DNA from: Alphaproteobacteria bacterium
Lineage (GTDB): Bacteria; Pseudomonadota; Alphaproteobacteria; UBA6615
Direction of reading: 5' to 3'
DNA: 64,000 nucleotides
Assembly: GCA_965222215.1 (NCBI GenBank)
Contig: OZ244931.1
Coordinates: 2,648,597 to 2,712,596 of the forward strand
The position numbers and the translations under genes are program-made. Positions 53,914-64,000 of the stretch are shown piece by piece. Each line of letters starts with the position of its first letter. The stretch's first letter is position 1. A model generated the notes under the pieces. That model had not been told where the DNA came from. It saw nothing but the letters and a program-made list of their open reading frames with translations, and made no database searches.

Positions 53914-55098
53914 TTGGCCAAAACGAACGCCGGCATCGGCTTCAGCCTTTCACGGCTTTGGACCGACGAACGCTATCGCGGCATAACCTCGCAGATCGTC
54001 GTGATCGTGCTGGTTGCGCTGGCGCTTCTCTGGGTGGCGGGCAACACGCGCGAAAATCTGGCGAACCGCGGTCTCGAGCTCGGGTTCGGCTTCCTTTCCG
54101 ATCCGGCCGGCATCGGCATCGGCGTTTCGCTTCTCGAATACGATTCCCGCGACACCTGGCTGCGGGCCATGACCATCGGCCTGCTCAATACGGTGCTGGT
54201 GTCATTTCTGGGCATCGTCACGGCCACGGTGATCGGGTTTACCGCCGGCATCCTGCGTTTACTTCCGAACTGGCTGATCAGCCGCATGGTGGCGACCTGG
54301 GTGGAGTTCACGCGCAACGTGCCGCTGTTGCTGCAGATCATCTTCTGGTGGTCGATTCTCCTCAGTCTGCCGACGGTGCGCGAAACGCTGCACATCGGCG
54401 ATTCGGTCTTCCTGAACAATTCCGGTGTGACCGCGCCGTCTCCGATCTTAGAGTCGGGCTCATCGGCTGTGCTGATCGCGCTCGCCGTGGGCGTCGTGGG
54501 AGCCTGGACGGTGCTGCGCTGGGCGCGCAAGCGTCAGGCCGCGACGGGCGAGACCATGCCGGCGGGCTGGATCGCGCTGGGGCTTATTGTCGGGCTGCCG
54601 CTGATCGCCTACTTCGCGAGCGGACAACCCATCGGCTGGGACGCGCCGCAGGCCAACCGGTTCGGCCGGCTGCGTGGCGGTTTCACGATCACGCCCGAGC
54701 TGGTCGCACTCTGGTTCGCGCTGGCGACATACACCGGCGCCTTCATCTCCGAAATCGTGCGCGCGGGCATCCTTTCGGTCTCGAAGGGCCAGACGGAAGC
54801 GTCCAGTTCCCTCGGCCTGACGGGCTGGCAAACGACACGGCTTGTCATCGTGCCCCAGGCGCTTCGCGTGATCATCCCGCCGCTGACGAGCCAGTATCTC
54901 AACCTGACGAAGAACTCCTCACTGGCCATCGCCGTGGGCTTCCAGGACTTCGTCGGTATCGGTTCGCAGGCACAGAACCAGACCGGGCAGGCAATCGAGA
55001 TCGTGTTCACCTGGATGCTGGTCTACGTCTCCCTCAGCCTGCTCACATCGGCGTTCATGAACTGGTACAACGCGCGCATCGCGCTGGTGGAACGGTGA
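53914..55098 (+). CDS. aapQ: amino acid ABC transporter permease
   Basis: GLLNTVLVS, RNVPLLLQ, EIVRAGILSVSKGQTEA, YLNLTKNSSLA. Confidence 0.92.
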   Translation: MAKTNAGIGFSLSRLWTDERYRGITSQIVVIVLVALALLWVAGNTRENLANRGLELGFGFLSDPAGIGIGVSLLEYDSRDTWLRAMTIGLLNTVLVSFLGIVTATVIGFTAGILRLLPNWLISRMVATWVEFTRNVPLLLQIIFWWSILLSLPTVRETLHIGDSVFLNNSGVTAPSPILESGSSAVLIALAVGVVGAWTVLRWARKRQAATGETMPAGWIALGLIVGLPLIAYFASGQPIGWDAPQANRFGRLRGGFTITPELVALWFALATYTGAFISEIVRAGILSVSKGQTEASSSLGLTGWQTTRLVIVPQALRVIIPPLTSQYLNLTKNSSLAIAVGFQDFVGIGSQAQNQTGQAIEIVFTWMLVYVSLSLLTSAFMNWYNARIALVER

Positions 55099-55108
55099 GG
55101 GCGGCACG

Positions 55109-56221
55109 ATGAGTACTGGTCCGTTTTTCCGCGCCCAGAAGGACATGCTCGGCGAACGCCAGCCGCCGGTGACCGAAACCGGCACGATCGGCTGGCTGCG
55201 CAAGAACCTGTTCTCGAGCTGGCTTAACACACTCCTCACACTGGTGGCGGTCTACCTGCTCTGGCTGATCGTCCCGTCGTTCATTGAATGGGCGTTTCTC
55301 GATGCGGACGTCACGGGCGACACCGGCCAGGATTGCACGACCGACGGCGCGTGCTGGGCATGGATCGACCAGCGTATCGACCAGTTCCTGTACGGCTTCT
55401 ACACGGCGAGCGAGTACTGGCGCGTCAACCTGGCCGTCATCCTGCTGATCCCCGCGCTGCTGCCGCTGCTGTTCGACGGCATTCCCTACGCGAAAAAACT
55501 CCGCCTCTTCTCCATCGCGTACCCGGTGATCGCCGGTTTCCTGCTCGTCGGCGGCATCGGCCTGGAAAGCGTGCCGACACGCTCCTTCGGCGGTTTCATG
55601 CTGAACCTGACCATCGGTCTGTCCGGCATCGTCCTGTCGCTGCCGTTCGGGGTTCTCCTCGCGCTCGGGCGGCGTTCGCGCCTGCCCGCGCTGCGCATGC
55701 TGTCGGTGATTTTCATCGAGCTTGTCCGCGGCGTCCCGCTGATCACCCTGCTGTTCACCGCCGCCATCCTGCTGCCGATGTTCATGCCGGCGAGCTGGAG
55801 TCTGGACCTGATCATCCGCGTCATCGTGGTTGTGACGATGTTTTCCTCGGCCTACATGGCCGAAGTCATTCGCGGTGGCCTGCAGGCGATCCCGAAAGGC
55901 CAGTACGAGGCGGCGTCCGCGATGGGGCTGGGCTACTGGCAGTCGATGCGGCTGATCGTGCTGCCCCAGGCGCTGAAGATATCGATCCCGGGCATCGTCA
56001 ACACCTTCATCGGCCTGTTCAAGGACACCACGCTCGTCTTCCTGATCGGCATGTTCGACATCCTCGGCATCGCGCGGTCCCTGCAACAGAACCAGGACTG
56101 GATCGGCAATGTGGACGCCGAGGGTTTCCTGTTCACGGCCGTGTTCTTCTTCGTCGTGTGTTTTTCCATGTCGCGTTACTCGATGAACCTCGAGCGCCGC
56201 CTCGACACCACCAAACGCTGA
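55109..56221 (+). CDS. aapM: amino acid ABC transporter permease
   Basis: WLRKNLFSSW, GACW, RGVPLITLLF, EVIRGGLQAIPKGQYEA. Confidence 0.92.
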   Translation: MSTGPFFRAQKDMLGERQPPVTETGTIGWLRKNLFSSWLNTLLTLVAVYLLWLIVPSFIEWAFLDADVTGDTGQDCTTDGACWAWIDQRIDQFLYGFYTASEYWRVNLAVILLIPALLPLLFDGIPYAKKLRLFSIAYPVIAGFLLVGGIGLESVPTRSFGGFMLNLTIGLSGIVLSLPFGVLLALGRRSRLPALRMLSVIFIELVRGVPLITLLFTAAILLPMFMPASWSLDLIIRVIVVVTMFSSAYMAEVIRGGLQAIPKGQYEAASAMGLGYWQSMRLIVLPQALKISIPGIVNTFIGLFKDTTLVFLIGMFDILGIARSLQQNQDWIGNVDAEGFLFTAVFFFVVCFSMSRYSMNLERRLDTTKR

Positions 56222-56233
56222 GCGAGGACCGAT

Positions 56234-57007
56234 ATGTATGTTTCCCAACACGAAAGCGCATCGAGCGGCGACACGCCGACGATCCAGATCAGCGGCCTGA
56301 ACAAGTGGTTCGGCTCGTTCCACGTGCTCCGCGATATCGACCTGGAGGTGGCCCAGCGCGAGCGAATCGTCATCTGCGGGCCCTCGGGCAGCGGCAAATC
56401 CACCCTGATCCGTTGCATCAACCGGCTGGAGGAACATCAGGAAGGCTCGATCGTTGTCGACGGCGTGCCGCTGACGAACGATCTGAAACAGATCGACGCC
56501 GTGCGCCGCGAAGTCGGGATGGTGTTCCAGTCCTTCAACCTTTTCCCGCACCTGACGGTGCTGGAGAACTGCACCCTCGCACCGATCTGGGTGCGCAAGA
56601 CGCCCAAGGCCGAGGCGGAAGCGGCCGCGATGGAATATCTCGAGCGGGTGAAAATTCCGGAACAGGCGCTGAAGTTCCCGGGCCAGTTGTCCGGCGGCCA
56701 GCAGCAGCGCGTCGCGATTGCCCGTTCGCTGTGCATGAAGCCGAAGATCATGCTGTTCGACGAACCGACCTCGGCGCTCGACCCGGAGATGATCAAGGAA
56801 GTGCTCGACGTGATGGTCGACCTCGCCGAGAGCGGCATGACCATGCTGGTGGTGACCCACGAGATGGGATTCGCCCAGCAGGTCGCCGACCGGGTGATCT
56901 TCATGGACGAGGGCCAGATCGTCGAGCAGAACACGCCCGACGAGTTCTTCAACAACCCGCAGTCGGACCGGACCAAGCTGTTCCTCAGCCAGATCCTGAG
57001 TCACTGA
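56234..57007 (+). CDS. aapP: amino acid ABC transporter ATP-binding protein
   Basis: [34 protein letters not shown]. Confidence 0.95.
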   Translation: MYVSQHESASSGDTPTIQISGLNKWFGSFHVLRDIDLEVAQRERIVICGPSGSGKSTLIRCINRLEEHQEGSIVVDGVPLTNDLKQIDAVRREVGMVFQSFNLFPHLTVLENCTLAPIWVRKTPKAEAEAAAMEYLERVKIPEQALKFPGQLSGGQQQRVAIARSLCMKPKIMLFDEPTSALDPEMIKEVLDVMVDLAESGMTMLVVTHEMGFAQQVADRVIFMDEGQIVEQNTPDEFFNNPQSDRTKLFLSQILSH

Positions 57008-57026
57008 GGGCGAATACAAGAGACAC

Positions 57027-57111
57027 CGTCATGCCCGGACTTGATCCGGGCATCTTTCTGGCTCAGACATCGGTGCCAGACGAGATGCACGGGTCAGGCC
57101 CGTGCATGACG
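57027..57111. repeat. REP-like palindromic element (GTCATGCCCGG-CTTGA-CCGGGCATC type)
   Basis: CGTCATGCCCGGACTTGATCCGGGCATC...GATGCACGGGTCAGGCCCGTGCATGACG, two hairpins inside terminal inverted repeats. Confidence 0.75.
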
Positions 57112-57146
57112 TGAGTGGGGCTCTCCCACAGGAACCACCGTCCGCC

Positions 57147-58070
57147 ATGCTCCAGACCTTCCTCGCACTTGCCCCCATCTTCCTGCTGATCGCCGTCGGC
57201 TGGGCGGCCAAGGCCATCTGGCTCAAGGAAGACGGAATGTGGCGGCCGATCGAGCAGCTCGCCTACTACCTGCTGATCCCGGCATTCGTAGTCCACGACC
57301 TGTACAACGCCGACCTCCAGTCCCTGCCCTTCACGGGCATGGTCGTCGCGCTGCTGGGCGCGGTCCTCGTCATCGCCCTGTTGCTGGTCGCGGTCCGGCC
57401 CGTGCTGTCGCGCTTTCTCGTACTGGGCGATGCCGGGTTCACGTCGGTGTTTCAGGGATCGATGCGGGCCAACTTCTTCATCACGCTGGCCGCCGCGCCC
57501 GCGATCCTGCCGGCCGACGGCGCCGCGCTGGTGATTGTCGCGGTCGCCTTCTTCACGGTGCTGGTGAACATTCTCAGCGTTCTCGCGCTCGCCCGCTGGG
57601 GCGCGCAGGGCGAGGCCGACATCGGCAAACTGCTTAAACGGCTCGCCACCAACCCTTTCATTCTTGCCGCCGTGCTCGGCGTGCTCATCAACCTCAGCGG
57701 CATTGGCGTCCCGCAGGTCGTCGACCGCACCATCGGCATGATCGGCGGCGCAGGCGTGCCCGTTGCGCTGTTGACGGCGGGCGCGGGCCTTCGGCTTGCC
57801 TCCATCGGCGTCCACCTCCCCGGTATTCTCAGCGCCGGGCTTGCCAAGCTGGTGCTCATGCCGTCCATCGCGGTGGGGATCGGCTTGCTCGTCGGGCTGG
57901 AGGCCTCGGTCCTGGCGATGCTCGCCCTGTTCCACAGCCAGCCGACGGCGACGACGTCCTACGTGCTGGCCCGCCAGATGGGCGGCGACCACGAACTCAT
58001 GGCCGCCATCCTGACGACCCAGACTTTGCTGGCGATCGTCACGGTTCCCGTGATGCTTGCCCTGCTCTAG
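57147..58070 (+). CDS. AEC (auxin efflux carrier) family transporter
   Basis: About 10 TM; LATNPFILA, KLVLMP, PTATTSYVLARQMGGD. Confidence 0.9.
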   Translation: MLQTFLALAPIFLLIAVGWAAKAIWLKEDGMWRPIEQLAYYLLIPAFVVHDLYNADLQSLPFTGMVVALLGAVLVIALLLVAVRPVLSRFLVLGDAGFTSVFQGSMRANFFITLAAAPAILPADGAALVIVAVAFFTVLVNILSVLALARWGAQGEADIGKLLKRLATNPFILAAVLGVLINLSGIGVPQVVDRTIGMIGGAGVPVALLTAGAGLRLASIGVHLPGILSAGLAKLVLMPSIAVGIGLLVGLEASVLAMLALFHSQPTATTSYVLARQMGGDHELMAAILTTQTLLAIVTVPVMLALL

Positions 58071-59185
58071 CCCCAGACCGCCTCGGCCACTTCCACCAGC
58101 CGCGCGAGTTTCGCCTTCTCGTCGTCCTCGGTCAGTTCGTTGCCGTGGACCGTCGAGGAGAAGCCGCACTGGGGGCTGATCGCGAGCTGTTCCAGCGGCG
58201 CGTATTGTGCCGCTGCGTCAATCCGGCGCTTGAGCTCGTCTACGCTCTCCAGATCGGGCCGCTTCGTGGTCATGATCCCCAGCACCACCGTCTTGCCTTC
58301 CGGCAGGAAACGCAGCGGCGCGAAATCGCCGGACCGGTCGTCGTCGTACTCCATGAAAAAGCCGTCCACGTCGAGCTCGTTGAACAGGATATCGGCGACC
58401 GGCTCGTAGCCGCCCTGCGCCACCCACGCGCTGCGGAAGTTCCCGCGGCACATGTGAACGGTGATCGCCATGTCGTCCGGGCGCCCGGCGATGGATTCGT
58501 TCAGCAGCCGGCAGTAGGTCCGCGGCAGTTCGTCGGGGTCTTCGCCCATCTCGCGCGTGGCCTCGCGGATCTTGCCGTCGCACAGGTAGGCGAAGTTGGT
58601 GTCGTCGAACTGCATGTAGCGCAGGCCCGCCTCGGCCAGCGCCATCACCTCGGCGTTGTAGGCGGCGGCAAGATCCGCATAGAACGCGTCGAGGTCGGGA
58701 TAGATCTCCTCGCTGATCGCCTTCCGTCCGCCCCGGAAATGCAGCATCGACGGCGACGGCACGCAGACCTTCGCGGTGCGGCTCGTGACGGATTTCAGAT
58801 ATTCGAAGTCGCGAAGCTGGATATCCCGGCTGTGCACGAGCTTTGCCTCGACCGTCATGGTCGGTGGCACGAAGCCGACTTCCGATCCGTCGTCCTTGCG
58901 GAAATGCGCGGCGAAATTGCCTTCGGTGATCTTCACGCCGTCGATCTGTTCGAGAAAGTCCAGATGCCACATGTAGCGGCGGTACTCGCCGTCGGTCACC
59001 CCTTGAAGGCCGGCGTCTTCCTGCAGCTTCACCACGTCGGCGATGCATTCGTCCTCGATACCGCGCAAAGTGTCCGCATCGATCTGGCCTTTGGCCGCCC
59101 TGTCCCGCGCCTCCACAAGACGCGCCGGGCGAAGCAGACTGCCGACCTGATCCGCGCGAAACGGCGGATTTCCGTTCAAGGCCAT
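58067..59185 (-). CDS. cobalamin-independent methionine synthase II-family protein (single barrel, YxjH-like)
   Basis: RADQVGSLLRP, TDGEYRR, zinc ligands HMC, EYD and PQCGF; no N-terminal folate-binding half. Confidence 0.9.
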   Translation of the reverse strand: MALNGNPPFRADQVGSLLRPARLVEARDRAAKGQIDADTLRGIEDECIADVVKLQEDAGLQGVTDGEYRRYMWHLDFLEQIDGVKITEGNFAAHFRKDDGSEVGFVPPTMTVEAKLVHSRDIQLRDFEYLKSVTSRTAKVCVPSPSMLHFRGGRKAISEEIYPDLDAFYADLAAAYNAEVMALAEAGLRYMQFDDTNFAYLCDGKIREATREMGEDPDELPRTYCRLLNESIAGRPDDMAITVHMCRGNFRSAWVAQGGYEPVADILFNELDVDGFFMEYDDDRSGDFAPLRFLPEGKTVVLGIMTTKRPDLESVDELKRRIDAAAQYAPLEQLAISPQCGFSSTVHGNELTEDDEKAKLARLVEVAEAVWG

Positions 59186-59309
59186 TTTACTCTCCCCTGT
59201 TCGCCCCCCTGTTCGCCATCAGTATGCCCGGCCCGGCACTCGCACGCATCCCGACATTGGCCCCCGGAGGCGGGACCGCTAGACTCCCCCCAACTGAAAT
59301 GAGGCGCGC

Positions 59310-59753
59310 ATGAATATCGAGACCATCGACCATATCGGCATCCGCGTGGCGGACCTGGACCGCGCGATGGCGTTCTACGGCCTGTTCGGCTTCAAAGTCG
59401 TCCACAAGGCCGACAACGACCCCGTGGCGGTCGTGAAGAACGCCGACGATGTCGAACTCAACCTCGTGTTCAATTCCAACGACGACAATGGGGGCGACAA
59501 CATCCTGATGGATGTCCCGACCAAGTATCCGGGCTTCACACATGTGGCGTTCCGGGTGGATTCGATACTGGAGACCGTCCGGACCCTGCGCGACAACGAC
59601 ATCGAGATCACCCAGGGCCCGGTGAAGTTCGGGCGCGACGGGCATGTGTCGGTGTTCGTGCGCGACCCCGACCGCAACACCCTGGAGTTCCGGGGCCGCG
59701 AGGAAGACCTGTCCGCCATCGGCGGCGTCCAGAAGTACGAAAACGAGAACTAG
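59310..59753 (+). CDS. VOC/glyoxalase family protein
   Basis: IDHIGIRVADLDRAMAFY, HVAF, RDPDRNTLE. Confidence 0.9.
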   Translation: MNIETIDHIGIRVADLDRAMAFYGLFGFKVVHKADNDPVAVVKNADDVELNLVFNSNDDNGGDNILMDVPTKYPGFTHVAFRVDSILETVRTLRDNDIEITQGPVKFGRDGHVSVFVRDPDRNTLEFRGREEDLSAIGGVQKYENEN

Positions 59754-59764
59754 GGAGCGAACCC

Positions 59765-60457
59765 ATGCAACTGATCGACCTGAGCGGTGAAATTTTCCAC
59801 AAATGCCCGACCCTGCCGAACCATCCGCCGGCGGTGATCACGGACTGGAACACCCACGACACCTTCCGCGAGGCCGAGGGCGTGAAGTTCTCGATCGCGT
59901 CGAAATACATGTCGTTCGGCGAGCACACCGGCAGCCATGTCGATGCGCCGGTGCATTTCGACGCCGACCCGAACGCGCAATCGGTCGACCAGATGCCGCT
60001 GGAGGATTTCTACACCGAGGCCGTCTGCCTCGACCTGTCCCATGTGGAACTGAAGAGCCGCATCGGCATCGACGAACTGGAGGCGGCGGAGAAAGCCGCG
60101 GGGATCGAGATCCGGCCGCGCGACACCGTGCTGCTCTATATGGCGCACTACGACCGGACGTTCGGCACACCGGAATTCATGACGGACTTTCCCGGGCTCA
60201 CGAAGGAATCCGCCGAGTGGCTCGGCCGCAAGGGCATCGTCATGTTCGGCGTCGAGGCGGCGAGCCCCGGCCGTCCCGGCAAGGACAATTTCGAGGTCCA
60301 CCTCGTCTGCCGGGACATGGGCTTCACCCACATGGAGGGCCTTGCCAACCTCCACCAGGTGGTCGGCAAGGGCCGCTTTCGCTTTATCGCGTTTCCGCTG
60401 AAAATCCGTGGCGGCACGGGCAGTCCCATTCGCCCGGTCGCTTTGATCGACGAGTAG
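59765..60457 (+). CDS. cyclase-family metal-dependent hydrolase (kynurenine formamidase-like)
   Basis: HTGSHVDAPVHF, HMEGL, PLKIRGGTGSPIR. Confidence 0.92.
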   Translation: MQLIDLSGEIFHKCPTLPNHPPAVITDWNTHDTFREAEGVKFSIASKYMSFGEHTGSHVDAPVHFDADPNAQSVDQMPLEDFYTEAVCLDLSHVELKSRIGIDELEAAEKAAGIEIRPRDTVLLYMAHYDRTFGTPEFMTDFPGLTKESAEWLGRKGIVMFGVEAASPGRPGKDNFEVHLVCRDMGFTHMEGLANLHQVVGKGRFRFIAFPLKIRGGTGSPIRPVALIDE

Positions 60458-60460
60458 AGG

Positions 60461-61216
60461 TCAGACCGCCGTCAGGCCGCCGTCGACCGCCAGCACGTGT
60501 CCGGTGACGGATTTCTGCTCCGGCGCCGACAGGAACAGCACCGCAGACGCGATCTCCTCCGGGTCGGGAAAATTCCCCAGGGGAATGCGCGCCAGCATGC
60601 CCGCGCGACGCTCCGGGTCTTTCAGGATTTCCTGACGGCTCTCGGTCATCACCGTCGTCGGCGCGACGGCGTTCACGCGGATGCCGTGCTCGGCCCATTC
60701 GACGGCGTGCATCCGCGACATCTGGATCAGCCCGCCCTTGGTGATCCCGTAGACCGACCGGCCGGCAAGCCCCGTGATCCCGTGGGTCGACGCAATGTTG
60801 ACGATGGCGCCGCCATGGCCCGCGTCGATACAGTGCGCGGCGAAGCGGCCTGACAGGAAATAGGCACCCTTGAGGTTGACGTCGACGACGGCATCCCACT
60901 CGTCCCAGGTCACGTCGACGGCGGCGCGGTGCAGCGGCACGGCCGCGTTATTAACCAATACGTCCAGCCCGCCGAGCCCGTCGATGGCGGCCTGGCAGCC
61001 CGACCGGATGCTGTCCTCCGTCCGCAGGTCGAGGCTGACAGCAACGGCATTCACGTCGCCGAGCGCGGGATCGCCCATCACCGGATCGAGCATCGCCGCG
61101 TCGATATCTGCCAGGGCGACGTCGTAACCGGCCCGCGCGAAGGTCAGCGCCGTCTCGCGGCCGAGACCGGTCGACGCGCCGGTGACGAGGGCCCGTCGGT
61201 TCGCACCCGTGCTCAT
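60461..61216 (-). CDS. short-chain dehydrogenase/reductase
   Basis: TGASTGLG, NNAA, YGITK, VDGG; start ATG 61216 overlaps the cupin stop. Confidence 0.92.
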   Translation of the reverse strand: MSTGANRRALVTGASTGLGRETALTFARAGYDVALADIDAAMLDPVMGDPALGDVNAVAVSLDLRTEDSIRSGCQAAIDGLGGLDVLVNNAAVPLHRAAVDVTWDEWDAVVDVNLKGAYFLSGRFAAHCIDAGHGGAIVNIASTHGITGLAGRSVYGITKGGLIQMSRMHAVEWAEHGIRVNAVAPTTVMTESRQEILKDPERRAGMLARIPLGNFPDPEEIASAVLFLSAPEQKSVTGHVLAVDGGLTAV

Positions 61217-61749
61217 GCGCCCACCAGGTCGCCCGCTTCGTTCCGCGCGAGGCCGGATTTTTCCGCCGCGTCGTTGATCGTCGGGTGCCAGTCGACCCGG
61301 CCCGCGTCCGGCCCGCCAATGATGGTCAGCAACGTGCCCTTGCCTTCGCTGACATGCCGGAAGCCGCGATAGACGCCCTGCGGAACACTGATCGAATCGA
61401 AGGGCTGGAGCGTGATCGACTTCTCGCCCTCTTCCGTGTCCCAGTAGACCTCCCAGTCGCCGATCAGCGGCATGAAAACTTCCTCGGTCTCGTGCGCGTG
61501 CAGCGCCGCCCCGTTGCCCTGCTCGGCCTGGATCATGCCCAGGTTGAAGCCCTTGGCGGGCAACGGAATGTTCGGGTTCAACTCGGGCTTGTCCGTCGCC
61601 TCGACGACGCCCATGCCGACGATATTGATCTTGAAGCGGCGGTGTCCCGGCAACCGGCTGTCGACGAAGGCTTCCTCGGACCCGGTGAGTTCGGAGAAAC
61701 GGGCTACGAACTGCTCCATCTCCTGAACCGACACATTGTTGATATCCAT
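61213..61749 (-). CDS. cupin domain protein
   Basis: LHAHETEEVF...FDSISVPQGVYRGF. Confidence 0.85.
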   Translation of the reverse strand: MDINNVSVQEMEQFVARFSELTGSEEAFVDSRLPGHRRFKINIVGMGVVEATDKPELNPNIPLPAKGFNLGMIQAEQGNGAALHAHETEEVFMPLIGDWEVYWDTEEGEKSITLQPFDSISVPQGVYRGFRHVSEGKGTLLTIIGGPDAGRVDWHPTINDAAEKSGLARNEAGDLVGA

Positions 61750-61766
61750 CAGCCTGTCTCCTTCGT

Positions 61767-62708
61767 CTATTCGTCTTCGGCGACCCGCCTGTCGTGCACC
61801 GCGAGCCCGGCCCGGGCTGCCAGCAGGATCGGGGTATGGAGCCCGGCGGCCTGCGCCCGGTCGACCATGTCGCCGATAATGTGGGCGCCCTCGGTGGGGC
61901 GTCCAGCCTGAACGTCGCGCAGCATCGAGGAGGCAAATTTCGATCCCTGAGTCGAGAACATCCGCTCGTAGGTCTCAATGGTCTTCTGCGTCACCGTGTG
62001 GCCGAGTGCATCGGCCGTATCCCGGCATTCCTCAAGCGCAGCCGTCAGGAACTCGTGCCCGCTCGGGGTGTCGAGGATCTCGCCCACTGTGGCGCGTGAC
62101 AGGGTGTTCACCGACGACATCGCGCACAGCATGGCGAACTTGTCCCACATGCTCTGGCTGATGTCTTCCTGGAGGTCGATATCGAACTTCACCGCGTCGT
62201 TGAGCGCCGCAAAAGCCTGCACGCGGTCCGACATGCTGCCGTCCAACTCGCCATAGGCGATCCGGTGGAAGTCGCCGAAATGGTTGATGTCGCCGGTCTC
62301 CGCATCGACGCCCGCGCCGATATAGGTCGTCCCGCCAAGGACCTTCTCCGTGCCGAACCGGGCCTGAAGGACGTCGATCTGCTTCATGCCGTTGAGCAGC
62401 GGGATGATGGCCGTGTCGTCGCCGACAGCCGGCGCGATCGCATCCATCGCCCCGTCGAGGTGGTAGGCCTTGCAGGTCAGGATGATCAGGTCGAAGGGCG
62501 CGTCGATCTCGTCGGTGGTGACAGTCTTCATATCGGGGACATCTGCGTCATCGAAGTGATCGCTATTGATCCGGATGCCGTTGGCTGCGACCTGCTCACG
62601 GCGCTTGCCGCGCAGCAGGAAGGTGGTGTCCACCCCGCCCTCGGTCAGGCGCGCGCCGAAATAGCCGCCGACCCCGCCGGCGCCGAGCACAAGAATTCGC
62701 AATGACAT
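61767..62708 (-). CDS. ketopantoate reductase family protein (PanE/ApbA)
   Basis: LGAGGVGGYFG, CKAY, LLNG, WDKF, SSMLRD...PTE. Confidence 0.88.
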   Translation of the reverse strand: MSLRILVLGAGGVGGYFGARLTEGGVDTTFLLRGKRREQVAANGIRINSDHFDDADVPDMKTVTTDEIDAPFDLIILTCKAYHLDGAMDAIAPAVGDDTAIIPLLNGMKQIDVLQARFGTEKVLGGTTYIGAGVDAETGDINHFGDFHRIAYGELDGSMSDRVQAFAALNDAVKFDIDLQEDISQSMWDKFAMLCAMSSVNTLSRATVGEILDTPSGHEFLTAALEECRDTADALGHTVTQKTIETYERMFSTQGSKFASSMLRDVQAGRPTEGAHIIGDMVDRAQAAGLHTPILLAARAGLAVHDRRVAEDE

Positions 62709-62714
62709 TTCAGG

Positions 62715-63847
<1,133 letters not shown>

Positions 63848-63851
<4 letters not shown>

Positions 63852-64000
63852 GGCTGCACCGCCAGGGTGTGATCTGGATCAAAATGAAGAAAAACCTTCT
63901 CGCCGGCCCGCAAACGGGATCGCGGGTGGGCGATAACCTTCCACTCGAAGTCGCCCCATTGCACGCGGCAATCGACGTAGCTGCCGAGGAAAATCGCGTG
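63848..64000 (-). CDS. 3' end of a TOBE-domain protein, probably a second ABC ATPase (partial)
   Basis: Hand translation ...HAIFLGSYVDCRVQWGDFEWKVIAHPRSRLRAGEKVFLHFDPDHTLAVQP*, similar to the C-terminus of the next gene; ATGA overlap. Confidence 0.8.

Overview
High-GC alphaproteobacterial chromosomal segment (Rhodospirillales-like by gene order and protein style; this is inference). The core backbone is tRNA(CAU), rpoD-dnaG-yqeY, carAB-greA, lrp, trxB-vtlR/lsrB, msrP, glcDEF, rpmJ and aapJQMP, with many small accessory metabolic modules in between. I found no transposase, integrase, prophage or CRISPR array. Two things stand out. (1) At 1-7062 there is a divergent redox locus. On the minus strand, missing from the ORF track, is a fusion of a TrxR-fold flavoprotein lacking CxxC, two cNMP-binding domains and a polyferredoxin. 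Facing it is an operon of two exported five-heme cytochromes c and a predicted outer-membrane beta-barrel, preceded by a near-consensus CRP-type box centred at -41.5 relative to a TATACT -10 element. This is a candidate cyclic-nucleotide-controlled trans-envelope electron conduit. (2) A ~150-nt multi-hairpin sRNA candidate with CU-rich anti-Shine-Dalgarno loops lies directly downstream of vtlR/lsrB, the position AbcR occupies in Rhizobiales, and has a 10-nt perfect match to the RBS of the TAXI transporter gene in this window. Also present are an RTX protein with about 39 consecutive nonapeptides, an ELM1/2OG-oxygenase/unknown-protein operon, and three different REP/RPE-like palindromes.
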